A stretch of DNA of 64,000 bases from Planctomycetia bacterium (GTDB taxonomy: Bacteria; Planctomycetota; Planctomycetia; Planctomycetales; Planctomycetaceae). The position numbers and the translations under genes were made by a program. This document shows, one piece after another, positions 50,862 through 60,926 of this stretch. The stretch covers positions 2,097-66,096 of the forward strand of contig JAPLNX010000165.1 in assembly GCA_026400935.1 (NCBI GenBank), written 5' to 3'. Position 1 is the first letter of the stretch. Every line of letters starts with the position of its first letter. The notes below the pieces were generated by a model that searched no databases, was not told where the DNA came from, and worked only from the letters and a program-made list of their open reading frames with translations.

Positions 50862-51145
50862 GATGCTGCTTCTGAGATTAAGACACGTCGCGCTTCGTTG
50901 CCACGCAATGAAATTCGATAACCACGGATTTCAAATTCCAACGGATCACCCAGCGGAGCCGCTCCAAGCGATTTGATCGCCTCGCCGTCAGTAAGCCCCA
51001 TTTCCAACAGTCGCACGGCGATGGCATCGTCACCGTCAACGTCAATGACAGTGGCAATGTCCCCTTCGGGAAGTCGATCTAACGTTCGTGACACAACCAC
51101 ACTCCTTGTAGTAACTCGCAAGCGAGTAATGCCTACTGACCCCAC
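50858..51145 (-). CDS. FeoA-domain protein
   Basis: [12 protein letters not shown]...[48 protein letters not shown] fits the FeoA SH3-like domain pattern. Its stop overlaps the DUF1501 start (ATGA). Its GTG start overlaps repeat A4, so the start is uncertain. Confidence 0.65.
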   Translation of the reverse strand: MGSVGITRLRVTTRSVVVSRTLDRLPEGDIATVIDVDGDDAIAVRLLEMGLTDGEAIKSLGAAPLGDPLEFEIRGYRISLRGNEARRVLISEAAS

Positions 51146-51252
51146 TGAGCTTGCCTCAATGGCTCGCAGGCTTTTGGACTACGGCGGACATGATTTCGAG
51201 TGAAATATTCCGTAGTGCAAAAGCCCGAATCCCCGAGGCAAACTCGGTGGAG
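51140..51252. repeat. nested palindromic intergenic element, family A, copy 4
   Basis: ccccactgagcttgcctcaatggctcgcaggcttttggactacg ... cgtagtgcaaaagcccgaatccccgaggcaaactcggtggag. Confidence 0.75.
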
Positions 51253-51274
51253 TTTTGGAAATTCGTAGAGGCCA

Positions 51275-52186
51275 TCATTTGGCCAACAGCTTGTCGATCA
51301 AGAACTCATTCACGTTAGCGTACTTGTCAGATTTGGAATGCCCTGGAATGAGCAGATGACATTCATGGCCCACGCTATCGGACTTCTCCTTCAGCTTCAC
51401 GCCATAGACTGGATGATGAATTCCATGTCCAGCATCTTTCGAAGGGAGCGTCATGTCGCCGCCATAAGTCATCAGCAGAGGCGGGTCTTTGGCATCAACG
51501 TGGTTGTAAGGCGAGAACTCAACATAGAGCGTGTGGTGCTTGTTGTAGTTCTGCAAAGCCCCGTCGATCGTCGCTTCGCCGACTGCCATGTTGATCATGC
51601 GGTGTTTGAGCACATTCGGGCCAAGCCAACCTTCGATCACCTTTGGATCAATCGACGTCTGCCCGGCGGAGACGGCCGCAGCACAGACTCGCGTTGATTC
51701 GCGCCGCACGGGATCAGACGCTTTCGGATCAGCGAGGTCATCGTGCAGCAATAACCACATCGAAGTGCAAGCTCCCGCGCTGCCGCCGGTCAAAGCGATG
51801 TGCTGTGTGTCGATGTTCCAATCAGATGCTTTCGTGCGGATGAACTGAATCGCTCGCGCCGCGTCATGTACTGGAGCGGGAAGCGGATGCTCGCCCGTTA
51901 GCCTGTAGTTAATTGCCGCGCAAGAGATTCCTTTATCGAGAAACGGTTGGATTGTTTTTGAGGTATCTTGCTTCTTGTCGCCAGCGACCCACCCGCCGCC
52001 GTGAATATAGACCAACAACGGACGTGGGCCGTCACCGTCGGCCGTCCAGAAATCAATCACATTCCGAGCGTGCTCTCCGTAAGAAACCTCGGCGTGCGTC
52101 GCAGGTAATTGCTTCGGCGGATCAGCGGCGAACATCGAACCGGCAGCGAAGAACAGACAGCAGAAGGCAGCCCCGAAGGATTTCAT
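51275..52186 (-). CDS. exported alpha/beta hydrolase (esterase/lipase, HGGG type)
   Basis: Start at MKSFGAAFCCLFFAAGSMFA. Oxyanion motif YIHGGGW, nucleophile elbow TGGSAGA. Confidence 0.8.
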   Translation of the reverse strand: MKSFGAAFCCLFFAAGSMFAADPPKQLPATHAEVSYGEHARNVIDFWTADGDGPRPLLVYIHGGGWVAGDKKQDTSKTIQPFLDKGISCAAINYRLTGEHPLPAPVHDAARAIQFIRTKASDWNIDTQHIALTGGSAGACTSMWLLLHDDLADPKASDPVRRESTRVCAAAVSAGQTSIDPKVIEGWLGPNVLKHRMINMAVGEATIDGALQNYNKHHTLYVEFSPYNHVDAKDPPLLMTYGGDMTLPSKDAGHGIHHPVYGVKLKEKSDSVGHECHLLIPGHSKSDKYANVNEFLIDKLLAK

Positions 52187-52435
52187 GCGGTAACTCCTAA
52201 AGTACGCGTTGAAAAATTGAGCCAACGTGAGACTCAAGATAACGAACATCCACAGAGAGTACCGTACCGACACGCTGATGTCGTTTCCGGTCCAACAGAG
52301 ATTTGGTGTTGCCAACTAACATTGCCCAGCAGGTCATCAATCGCTGTGAGATACTGCGTGAGCCGCCTATCATCCCCCCCCGCATTTGAAAATGCAGAGC
52401 ATCTTGTTTCCTATTAACTCAAATGGTTTTTGTTG

Positions 52436-53377
52436 ATGTTGCCGCAATGGCTGATTTCTGGCGATCCGACCGCTTGGTCGCGCACCGCTCGACCGATGTT
52501 GCGACATTGGCTTTCGAGTTGGTCGGGAAGTGTGCTGTTGCATGGCGCGGCGGTGTATTGCTTTGTCGCTGTTGCTCAGTCTGGTCCTCAAGCGTGGCCC
52601 GTTGTTCGTGGCCGAGCGTCGGTCGCGTCTGCTCCGGCAATCGATGCAAGAGCAGGCGGACTACTCGGACGGGTGTCAAAAACCGCAGAGCCAATGACGA
52701 TTGAATTTCCCTCGACGACAACAGGCGCAGAGCCGCCAAGTGCTCCTAAGCTCGATCACAGTTTGGTCGCTGAAATCGCTCAAGCACAGGTCACACTCGA
52801 TGCCGACGCATTGATTCAGAACGAGTTCTCCACCATCGTTCGACAACTCCACCGTAATACAACTGAACAATCGGAATCGCAGCGAATCAGAGCCCTAATC
52901 GAACGACCGTCTATTCGACAAACAGAACTCAATCGACCGTTGCAAACAGACAACGTCGAATCGCAAGCACAACCCGTTACCTCCGACGAACCAAGGGAAA
53001 CATCAGCGGTCGAAACTGGCCAAGCCGCTCGCGAGGGTGACTCGAAACAAGATTCAAAAGCTGCAACCGGCTCAGCGACGTCACGTGGTGCGGAAGCGAA
53101 CGAGCAGCCAATCAAGCTCGCCTCGAATCCCGACCCTGAATATCCGGAAGAAGCGAAAGCGGCCCGCCTGCAGGGGCGCGTCGTGCTATCGATTCGCGTT
53201 GGCATTGATGGCCGCGTGGAGTCACTCAAGCTGCTGCGGTCGAGTGGCGTGACGAGCATGGACGAATCTGCGATGAAGACTGTTAAGAATTGGCGTTTCG
53301 AACCTGCGAAACGTTTCGGGCGTCCGATTGTCATGGAGATTCGACACGCGATTCGTTTTGAGTTTGAAAAAGAATAG
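52436..53377 (+). CDS. TonB-family energy transducer
   Basis: N-terminal TM helix. C-terminal TonB domain PEYPEEAKAARLQGRVVLSIRVGIDGRV...SSGVTSMDESAMKTVKNWRFEPA. ATG at 52436; the track ORF begins at a TTG at 52430. Confidence 0.8.
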   Translation: MLPQWLISGDPTAWSRTARPMLRHWLSSWSGSVLLHGAAVYCFVAVAQSGPQAWPVVRGRASVASAPAIDARAGGLLGRVSKTAEPMTIEFPSTTTGAEPPSAPKLDHSLVAEIAQAQVTLDADALIQNEFSTIVRQLHRNTTEQSESQRIRALIERPSIRQTELNRPLQTDNVESQAQPVTSDEPRETSAVETGQAAREGDSKQDSKAATGSATSRGAEANEQPIKLASNPDPEYPEEAKAARLQGRVVLSIRVGIDGRVESLKLLRSSGVTSMDESAMKTVKNWRFEPAKRFGRPIVMEIRHAIRFEFEKE

Positions 53378-53436
53378 TTGGCCCTTCGAAACGCTGAGTC
53401 TTTAACCGTTCTCGCTTACAGTCAAAAGGCATTCTC

Positions 53437-56001
53437 ATGTCGAACCGATCGCGATCGGTGTTCCTCTCGTGTTTCTTTTTCGTGGCGATGTCGTCGTTCG
53501 TGAGTGTGGAAGTAATTGCTCAAGGGACGCGAGCAGATTATGAGCGTGCCGCACAATTATCGGGACTCACTCGCGGCAAGGTTTTCAAAACGACCGTGCG
53601 CCCACATTGGTTCTCAAACGATCGGCAGTTCTGGTATCGAAACGATTCAAGCAACGGCATCCGTGAGTTCATCTTGGTGGATGCCGTTGCTGGAGTGCGA
53701 AGTGCCGCATTCGACCATGCGCGTTTGGCGACAGTGTTGAGCAAAGTCCTTTCCAAAGATGTTGCTGCTGATCGGCTCCCCTTCGATTCAATCGGCTTCG
53801 ATGATCAGCTCGCGACCTTGCGATTCTCCGCTGGTAAACATCGTTGGGAATGCCTTCTCACGACCTATGAATTGCGTGAAGTGAACGCCGACAGTGCCCT
53901 GAGCGAGTCGCTCCCAATGCTCGAAGGTCCTCGCCCATCACGGCGGACGGGGGAAGAGACGTCGCTGAAGTTTGTGAATCGAACCAAGGATGATTTGCAG
54001 ATTTTCTGGCTCGATACCGAAGGAGGCCGAAAAGAATACGTGAAGCTGAAGCCCGATGGAGAACATCAACAACACACGTTTGCGGGACACGTTTGGCTCG
54101 TCACAAAGACGGATGGAACAACCTTAGGAGCCTACGAAGCAGCCGAAGCCGAGGGCCTAGTTGTCGTTGATGGCATTAGTAAACCCAAACCAAGCATTCA
54201 ACCAGTTGAAACTCGCGGCAAATCACCCTCCGATTCTCCTGACGGACGCTGGACGCTCGTCGTAAAGGAACAATTTGTGATTGCCCGGGATCGAAAGAGT
54301 GGCGAAGAGTTTTCACTGAGCAAAGTCGATCCCGGCCAAGTTGATTCCGGCCACGAAGCGGTGAACGCGGCTTACTCTGGATCGCCGTCGTGGTCCCCTG
54401 ATAGTCGTCGCGTTGTCGTGATGCGGACGCTGCGTGGCGACGATCGCAAAGCGCGACTCATTGAGTCATCGCCGCGTGATCAACTTCAACCGAAACTGCA
54501 CGAAATGAATTACCTGAAGCCGGGTGATCGACTGCCGATTTCAATGCCACATTTGTTTGATGTTGTTGAGCGAAAAGAGATCGCCATCTCCGATGAATTC
54601 TTCGCAAACCCTTGGAGCATAGATGACCTCCACTGGCAACCCGATTCGCGTGAGTTTCGATTCGTCTACAACCAGCGAGGCCATCAAGTGCTGCGCGTCG
54701 TCGGTGTCGATGCAGAATCAGGAAAAGCTCGGACAATTATTGACGAGCAACAAGCGACGTTTATTGATTACGCTCATAAACAGTTTCGACATGACCTAGA
54801 CGGGACTGGTGAAATCATTTGGATGTCGGAGCGTGACGGTTGGAATCACCTTTATTTGTACGACGCTCGCTCGGGAGTCGTGAAAAACCAGATCACGCGC
54901 GGCAATTGGGTGGTTCGTAGTGTTGAGCGAGTCGATGTCGAACGACGTGAGATTCGGTTTCGAGCGAGCGGCCTTGATCCTTCGCAAGACCCTTACCACT
55001 TGCACGATTGCCGCATCGGTTTCGACGGCAACAATCTCGTCCGATTGACGGTGGGTGACGGCACGCATTCGATTGAATATTCGCCCAATCGAGAGTTCTT
55101 CCTCGATACCTACTCGCGAGTCGATCTGCCGCCGATTACTGAATTACGTCGCTCGAAAGACGGATCACTGGTCTGCGAATTGGAGCGAGGTGACTGGTCA
55201 CAATTGCTTGCCACAGGATGGAAGCCTCCCGAACGATTCACGGCAAAGGGACGCGACGAGGCGACTGACATCTTCGGCGTCATTTTTCGTCCGACAAACT
55301 TCGACCCGCAGCAAAAGTATCCGGTCATCGAACAGATTTATGCCGGCCCGCATGATTCGTTCGTGCCGAAGAAATTTCAGTCGTTCTACAATTTGCAAAC
55401 ACTCACTGAACTCGGCTTTATCATCGTGCAGATCGATGGCATGGGGACGAGCAATCGCTCGAAGGCGTTTCACAATGTAGCCTGCAAAAACATTGGAGAT
55501 TCTGGTTTTCTTGATCGGATTCGCTGGATGCAAGCGGCCGCAGTGAAGTATCCGCAGATGGATCTATCACGAGTCGGCATCTATGGAGGCTCAGCGGGCG
55601 GCCAGAGTTCATTGCGGGCGTTGTTGGCTCATCCCGATTTCTACAAAGTCGCCGTTTCCGATTGCGGCTGTCACGACAACCGCATGGACAAGATTTGGTG
55701 GAACGAACTTTGGATGGGCTGGCCGATCGGCCCTCATTACTCCGAGCAATCAAACGTCACGAACGCACACAAATTGCAGGGCAAGTTGTTGCTGACCGTT
55801 GGTGAATTGGACCGCAATGTCGATCCTGCATCGACCATGCAAGTCGTCAACGCGCTTATCAAGGCTGACAAAGATTTCGACTTGCTGATCGTTCCAGGAG
55901 GGGGGCACGGCATCGGCGAATCACCGTACGCCGCTCGACGCCGACAAGACTTCTTCGTGCGACATCTGTTGGGCGTTGAGCCGCGCCGTCACTCCAATTA
56001 A
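53437..56001 (+). CDS. S9-family serine peptidase (dipeptidyl-peptidase IV-like propeller plus alpha/beta hydrolase)
   Basis: Signal peptide and a long beta-rich N-terminal half. Nucleophile motif IYGGSAGGQ. C-terminal GELDRNV and GGGHGI (Asp/His region). Confidence 0.85.
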   Translation: MSNRSRSVFLSCFFFVAMSSFVSVEVIAQGTRADYERAAQLSGLTRGKVFKTTVRPHWFSNDRQFWYRNDSSNGIREFILVDAVAGVRSAAFDHARLATVLSKVLSKDVAADRLPFDSIGFDDQLATLRFSAGKHRWECLLTTYELREVNADSALSESLPMLEGPRPSRRTGEETSLKFVNRTKDDLQIFWLDTEGGRKEYVKLKPDGEHQQHTFAGHVWLVTKTDGTTLGAYEAAEAEGLVVVDGISKPKPSIQPVETRGKSPSDSPDGRWTLVVKEQFVIARDRKSGEEFSLSKVDPGQVDSGHEAVNAAYSGSPSWSPDSRRVVVMRTLRGDDRKARLIESSPRDQLQPKLHEMNYLKPGDRLPISMPHLFDVVERKEIAISDEFFANPWSIDDLHWQPDSREFRFVYNQRGHQVLRVVGVDAESGKARTIIDEQQATFIDYAHKQFRHDLDGTGEIIWMSERDGWNHLYLYDARSGVVKNQITRGNWVVRSVERVDVERREIRFRASGLDPSQDPYHLHDCRIGFDGNNLVRLTVGDGTHSIEYSPNREFFLDTYSRVDLPPITELRRSKDGSLVCELERGDWSQLLATGWKPPERFTAKGRDEATDIFGVIFRPTNFDPQQKYPVIEQIYAGPHDSFVPKKFQSFYNLQTLTELGFIIVQIDGMGTSNRSKAFHNVACKNIGDSGFLDRIRWMQAAAVKYPQMDLSRVGIYGGSAGGQSSLRALLAHPDFYKVAVSDCGCHDNRMDKIWWNELWMGWPIGPHYSEQSNVTNAHKLQGKLLLTVGELDRNVDPASTMQVVNALIKADKDFDLLIVPGGGHGIGESPYAARRRQDFFVRHLLGVEPRRHSN

Positions 56002-56389
56002 CTCAACATTTTGAAGCATCCAAAGATGCCTGCGCACTTCGCGCCTTTGCTGCAGCTATAGAACGGTTCCTAACGCACCGCAAATGCGAGGAGAACGCTA
56101 AAACGGGCGAGCGATTCAATAAGAAATTGACGGCCGCATTTGGCAAAGTGAGCAACTTCAAAACCCAGGCTGCGGTCTCAACAAAGTCGCTGTCGTCTCG
56201 CAATTCGACTAAGAAATCTTTGGTCTTGCTGCTGTTCTGGAAGAGCCGGTACAACCTGACCCCTACAAAAAGTGGAGCGGAGTTTTCGGCAGTTTGCGAA
56301 GACTCCGCTGATGTTTTGGATGTCTGGGCGCTCTCTGACAGGAAGTCGGTGGTGCGCTCGGATGCAACGGTTTCCGCTCAGCCCCCTCG

Positions 56390-58444
56390 GTGAGACAACT
56401 CATGGCGACGACCGAATCTGATAGTGTGAAGCAAGTCCGTGAAAAGATTATTCAGCTTGCAAAAGAGATCGAAGAGCATTCTCGTTCGAGTATGCCTCCG
56501 GATGCGTTTTTCAATGAGTTCTTGAAGCGAGTCGTCGGAGCTGTTGGAGCTCGTGCCGGAGCCGTTTGGTTACGCAACGGCACTGCGAAGCTGAATCTCT
56601 TCACCGACGTGAACCTCAAACAAACAGGCTTCTTCGATAAGCCGGAAGCGGCTGCACTCAACCAAAAACTATTGGACGAAGTCCTGTCAAACGGACAAGC
56701 CTGCACGCATAGCCCGAATGACGGCAGTGGTGTGCAAGTGCCGACCAACGATTTGATCGTGCTCGCCGCGCTACAGCAGTCGAAGCAATGCGTTGGTGTT
56801 GTTCAAATTTTCCAGCGAGTCGATACGCCACAGCAGGCACGACCCGGCTTTTTGCAATTTGTCGAGCAGATGTGTGGTTACGCATGCCGCTACCTCGACC
56901 GACAAGCCGCTCCCAAAGTGACTCAGGAAACAAAGACAAAAATCACAGAGCAGTTCGAACAATTTCTGCTGCAACTGCATCGCGGCTTGGATATCGACGA
57001 AGTCACTTCCACGGCGGCAAACGATGGTCGGCTGTTGTTGGGCTGTGATCGTTTGGCGGTCGCCGTGCAATACGGCAAGAAGACAGTCATTAAGGCGATC
57101 AGCGGTCAAGACTCGGTGCATCAGCGAGCCAACCTTGTGAAGCGTATGGGTGAATTGGCCAACAAGGTCATCCTCATGCGTGAGCCTTTGACCTACACCG
57201 GCAAGCTCGATCATCTCCCGCCACAAATCACCGCACCGTTGGCGGATTACATCCAAGAGAGCGGTTCGCGAATGGTCACGATCTGGCCATTGTTTGAAAG
57301 CGAGCCGCTGCTGAAGCCCGACGAAAAGGGTGTGAAGAAACTCGATAAAGAAAAGAAGCCGATTGGCGGCTTGATCATCGAACAGATTTCCGAAAGTCAG
57401 CCACGACCTGGCTTGCAGGAAAAGATCGAATCGCTCGCCGATCACGTTGCCGAAGCGATGCATAACAGCCAGACCTATCACCGACTATTTTTACTACCGT
57501 TGTGGCGATTGTTGGGAAAAACTTTTCAGTTCATGGAAGGTCGCGGCAAGTTGAAGGTCTTGGCGGGAGTGCTCGCCGTGGCTGGATTGATCGCCGCGAT
57601 GTGCATCATCCCTTGGGATTATCGAGTCGAAGGCGAAGGCCGGTTGATGCCGATGGCTCAGACAAACATCTTTGCCCCATGGGATGGAACCGTGGCGGAG
57701 ATCTTCGTGAAAGGTGGCGACACCATAGAGGTCGGCACACCGCTAGTAAGGTTGCGCAATGAAGAACTCGACGGGCAATTACTCGCCGCAAGAAACCTCG
57801 TCAACGAAAAGGTACAGTTGAAGTACAGCCTGCAAGCAGAATACGAAGAGGCGAAGAATCAGGGGAATAAAGTGGAGATCAATCGCATCGAGGGAAAGGT
57901 TGCCTCGACCGAAGTAGAAATTCGTGGTGCGAAAAAGCAGGCTGAGAATCTCCAGAAAAGAATGGACTTGCTGAAGGTGCTGGCGACAAAAGCGGGAACG
58001 ATCGCCACTTTTGAAGTCGAGCGACAGTTGCTACATCGTCCGGTCCGACGCGGTGAATTGTTGCTGGAAATCAAAGACGAATCTGGCCCGTGGTGGTTGC
58101 AGTTGGAAATCGACGGCCACCGGATGGGACATTTGCTCCGAGCCAAGAATTCGCAAGATGAGCCGCTGCCAGTTGAGTACGTGCTCGCGACGAATCCGGA
58201 AGACCGCTATCAAGGAACCTTACGAGAGGTTGAAACAACAACAAACTCCGCTGTCTCCAAAGATCGTGCTGTGGTGCGAGTCCGTGTGGATATCAACAAA
58301 GAAGAACTTGCCGACCGCCGCCGTATCGGCGCAGAAGTCACGGCGAAAATCATCTGTGGCAAACGGAGCTTGGGTTACGTCCTCTTCGGTGACGTCGTCG
58401 AATTCGTACAACGCTATTTCTGGCTGTCGAACGGCGGCTGGTGA
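56390..58444 (+). CDS. GAF-GAF-TM-HlyD-type periplasmic adaptor protein
   Basis: Two GAF-like segments: VGARAGAVWL...VGVVQIF and LLLGCDRLAVAV...GGLIIEQ. One TM helix, VLAGVLAVAGLIAAMCII. Lipoyl-like hairpin IFAPWDGTVAEIFVKGGDTIEVGTPLVRL followed by a coiled coil. Alternative start ATG 56402. Confidence 0.7.
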   Translation: MRQLMATTESDSVKQVREKIIQLAKEIEEHSRSSMPPDAFFNEFLKRVVGAVGARAGAVWLRNGTAKLNLFTDVNLKQTGFFDKPEAAALNQKLLDEVLSNGQACTHSPNDGSGVQVPTNDLIVLAALQQSKQCVGVVQIFQRVDTPQQARPGFLQFVEQMCGYACRYLDRQAAPKVTQETKTKITEQFEQFLLQLHRGLDIDEVTSTAANDGRLLLGCDRLAVAVQYGKKTVIKAISGQDSVHQRANLVKRMGELANKVILMREPLTYTGKLDHLPPQITAPLADYIQESGSRMVTIWPLFESEPLLKPDEKGVKKLDKEKKPIGGLIIEQISESQPRPGLQEKIESLADHVAEAMHNSQTYHRLFLLPLWRLLGKTFQFMEGRGKLKVLAGVLAVAGLIAAMCIIPWDYRVEGEGRLMPMAQTNIFAPWDGTVAEIFVKGGDTIEVGTPLVRLRNEELDGQLLAARNLVNEKVQLKYSLQAEYEEAKNQGNKVEINRIEGKVASTEVEIRGAKKQAENLQKRMDLLKVLATKAGTIATFEVERQLLHRPVRRGELLLEIKDESGPWWLQLEIDGHRMGHLLRAKNSQDEPLPVEYVLATNPEDRYQGTLREVETTTNSAVSKDRAVVRVRVDINKEELADRRRIGAEVTAKIICGKRSLGYVLFGDVVEFVQRYFWLSNGGW

Positions 58445-58531
58445 TTGCGTTCAACTTAGACGGATCACACAGTGACTCGGACACTTCTACTCCCGAGTCG
58501 CTCGGCTTACTTTGCTAGCTGTACCAACAAT

Positions 58532-58565
58532 AGCCCGGCCTCGGAAAAGTGGCCGGGCTTTTTTG
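58532..58565 (+). terminator. rho-independent terminator
   Basis: agcccggcc-tcggaaaagt-ggccgggct followed by a T-run (ttttttg). Confidence 0.8.
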
Positions 58566-58742
58566 TCTCAACTTGTCTGTCGATAGCCGTTTCGACGCGA
58601 GCTAATTTCTCTGCCCATATTTGGCTATTTCGGCCATTCAATTCCGTATCAGCACTTCGATAAAGGAAGCATCACGGCGAGTTGGGCGCTAACACTCAGT
58701 AACTATCTGCCTCAGTCAATCCTGGCTCGTGGCAGCGGGATT

Positions 58743-58853
58743 GTGAAATTGATCGAAGGCTTAGGTGTAGGTGATCCGGTTGCCTGGGGAATTGTCGGGG
58801 TCATCGTATTGTTCTTCGTAGGCAAGTTCGTTTATTCCTCGATGAAGAACTAA
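58743..58853 (+). CDS. possible 36-aa single-TM micro-protein
   Basis: GTG-initiated ORF VKLIEGLGVGDPVAWGIVGVIVLFFVGKFVYSSMKN, below the track length cutoff. No clear ribosome-binding site. Confidence 0.2.
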   Translation: MKLIEGLGVGDPVAWGIVGVIVLFFVGKFVYSSMKN

Positions 58854-59029
58854 AGACAAAGACTCTTCTTAATCTGAACAAAGCGAGTGAATCTCAATAC
58901 CACCAAGCTCGGCTCGCGAGATTCACAGTCATCGTTCTGCGTTGTCAACCAGTCGTTTCAGTGAACGTTAGCGGGCAATCGGCTCGTCACGCGGGGCGAT
59001 GACGGCTACATACTTGCGGCTTCGCCGCG

Positions 59030-60526
59030 CTATTTCTTACTGCTGGCTTCAACAGCAGCATCTTCGGCATTTGGACGAATTGCTTCGAAGTAGCGGCGGA
59101 TTGTTTGGCGGTGGCCGAGCGGAATGTCTTCGGAGTCGAGGACAGCGTCACTCATTTTGCGGTATTTGCTGTAAACTTCTTTCAGACCGCGTTTCGCCGT
59201 TTCTTCGGCTTCGGGAGTCGTGATCGTTTCTTTGTCGCTATCACCTTGCTCCCCTTTGAGTCCCTGGAGTTTTTGCTCGTTTCGCTTGGCCGCCAGATTT
59301 GTCCGTTCGCCTTGAGTCTCCGAGTTCGTTCCCTTGCCTGCTTTGAGACTGGGATTCTTTGCCATCTTGTTGCCTGACGAATTGCCCTGACAGTTCCCTT
59401 TGCATTCGCCAAGTTTGTCGCACTGTTTCTTCAGCATGTTGCCAATTTTTTTGTTGTTCCCTTGCTGTTTAGCACATTCCGCGAGCTTGGATGTTCCGCT
59501 TTTGCTCTGCGACGAATTGTCGTTCTTCATCCCTTCCGAGATTTCTTTGGTCGCGTCACTGAGCTTCTTCAGACCGCTTTGAGCAGAACTCTCCGACGCC
59601 TTTTGCAGCTTGTCAGAAACCGCTCGTGATTCTTTGCGATCGAGCTTCGGGTTTTCCAACTTAGCAAGTTCCTCAGTCGCTTTTTCGTAGTTGCCGTCCT
59701 GTAGTGCTTGTCCCGCTTGTTGCAGAGCTTCAGCAGATTGCAGCGCTTCACCGATCGCCTGCATCTGCTCGTCCGTCGCCGCGACGTTGAACTGTGCAGC
59801 AACCGCTTGCAACGCGGCCTGCATCTCCGACACTTTGGCCAGCGCCTCGCGGACATCGACGCCAGGCTCTTTCATCTCATTGGCTTTGGCTTGCAATTCT
59901 TTGATCAGCGCGTCGATCTCAGGATCATGGTCTTCGGGGAGTTGATCGAGCAGCGATTGCAAATCTTCTACGACGATTTCAGCCTCAGTCACGATCGCAT
60001 CTATCGGTTGCGACGGCCCGGCATTCACCAACGCACGTGCTGTTGGCCAACACAACAGGATGACCGCCAAGGTGGCTGTGGCGGCGGCCCAGCGCCACGT
60101 AGCGGGCAGTTCAACGGGGACGACAGTTCTCGGTTCAACTCGTTGCAAGTGATGAACTGCGTCCGCTAGTTGCAGCACTTCGAGTTCACCCGCTTTGTGA
60201 GCATCTTGGCGAGTCAGAAATGCGAGTGCCGTCTCCGTTCGGTCTTTGAGTTCGTAACTCTGATCAACCGCACGAGCCGCGTTTCGCCAATCAGACTTCA
60301 TTAATCGCCACATTCCTGCCACGATCGCCGAAAGAAGCGGAACGGTGATCAAGACGCTGACGCCGCCAAGAGTCGTCGCGCCACCTATCTGATTCAGTCG
60401 CAGGATGGCAACGAGAATCGCGGCGATCGCTCCGATCAACAGACCTTGCAACGCCCCTTGGATGGCCGCGACCAACAACTGACGCTGCCGTACGGGTTTC
60501 AATTTGCTGAGGATTGTATCGCGCAT
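59030..60526 (-). CDS. hypothetical membrane protein with long coiled-coil / low-complexity ectodomain
   Basis: Two N-terminal TM helices and a third around WRWAAATATLAVILLCW. Glu/Lys/Gln/Ala-rich helices, a Cys-containing stretch (CAKQQG..CDKLGECKGNCQG), and a C-terminal IPLGHRQTIRRYFEAIRP. Confidence 0.6.
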   Translation of the reverse strand: MRDTILSKLKPVRQRQLLVAAIQGALQGLLIGAIAAILVAILRLNQIGGATTLGGVSVLITVPLLSAIVAGMWRLMKSDWRNAARAVDQSYELKDRTETALAFLTRQDAHKAGELEVLQLADAVHHLQRVEPRTVVPVELPATWRWAAATATLAVILLCWPTARALVNAGPSQPIDAIVTEAEIVVEDLQSLLDQLPEDHDPEIDALIKELQAKANEMKEPGVDVREALAKVSEMQAALQAVAAQFNVAATDEQMQAIGEALQSAEALQQAGQALQDGNYEKATEELAKLENPKLDRKESRAVSDKLQKASESSAQSGLKKLSDATKEISEGMKNDNSSQSKSGTSKLAECAKQQGNNKKIGNMLKKQCDKLGECKGNCQGNSSGNKMAKNPSLKAGKGTNSETQGERTNLAAKRNEQKLQGLKGEQGDSDKETITTPEAEETAKRGLKEVYSKYRKMSDAVLDSEDIPLGHRQTIRRYFEAIRPNAEDAAVEASSKK

Positions 60527-60926
60527 GATGTTTCCTGATGCGAAGCACGAATTAAGGCTGTTGCCGCATAGACCTTGACGGCTAACCTAGCTTCGTCGAC
60601 TCAATGAAACAACGCCGCTTATACCAACATGCCTGGAAGAATAGTTTCGTAGAACGACAAAGCGGCTGATACGTATGCGAGCCACAGCAGCGACTCGCGT
60701 TTTAAGCGATTATCAACGTCACTCTTCCGGTGGTTGGTCACGCATTGAGAATCTCGGTTACGGAGCAATCGAGCGACATAGAGTGGCGTTTCTGGAGATT
60801 CGTACTGGCAGAATTCAATTTGCGTTGGTAAGACTGCGCCACGTTCAAATGATGTCTACGGCTTGGATGCTACCAGTAGTTGGCGATGATGCCGCCCTGA
60901 AGAATGTTGCTCTCATTCGCAGGTGC

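Noticed and set aside
52374-52381. C8 homopolymer plus gcattt-ga-aaatgc palindrome in the esterase/TonB divergent promoter region
   Set aside because: The tract is short for a phase-variation switch. The palindrome has only 6-bp arms and does not match the Fur-box consensus as I recall it. This is too weak to call a regulatory site.
56771-57481. 236-aa ORF antisense to the GAF-HlyD gene
   Set aside because: It has no motifs, and the sense ORF has a coherent domain architecture.
58472-58663. 63-aa + strand ORF just after the GAF-HlyD gene
   Set aside because: It reads straight through the strong rho-independent terminator at 58532-58565 and has no start context or motifs.
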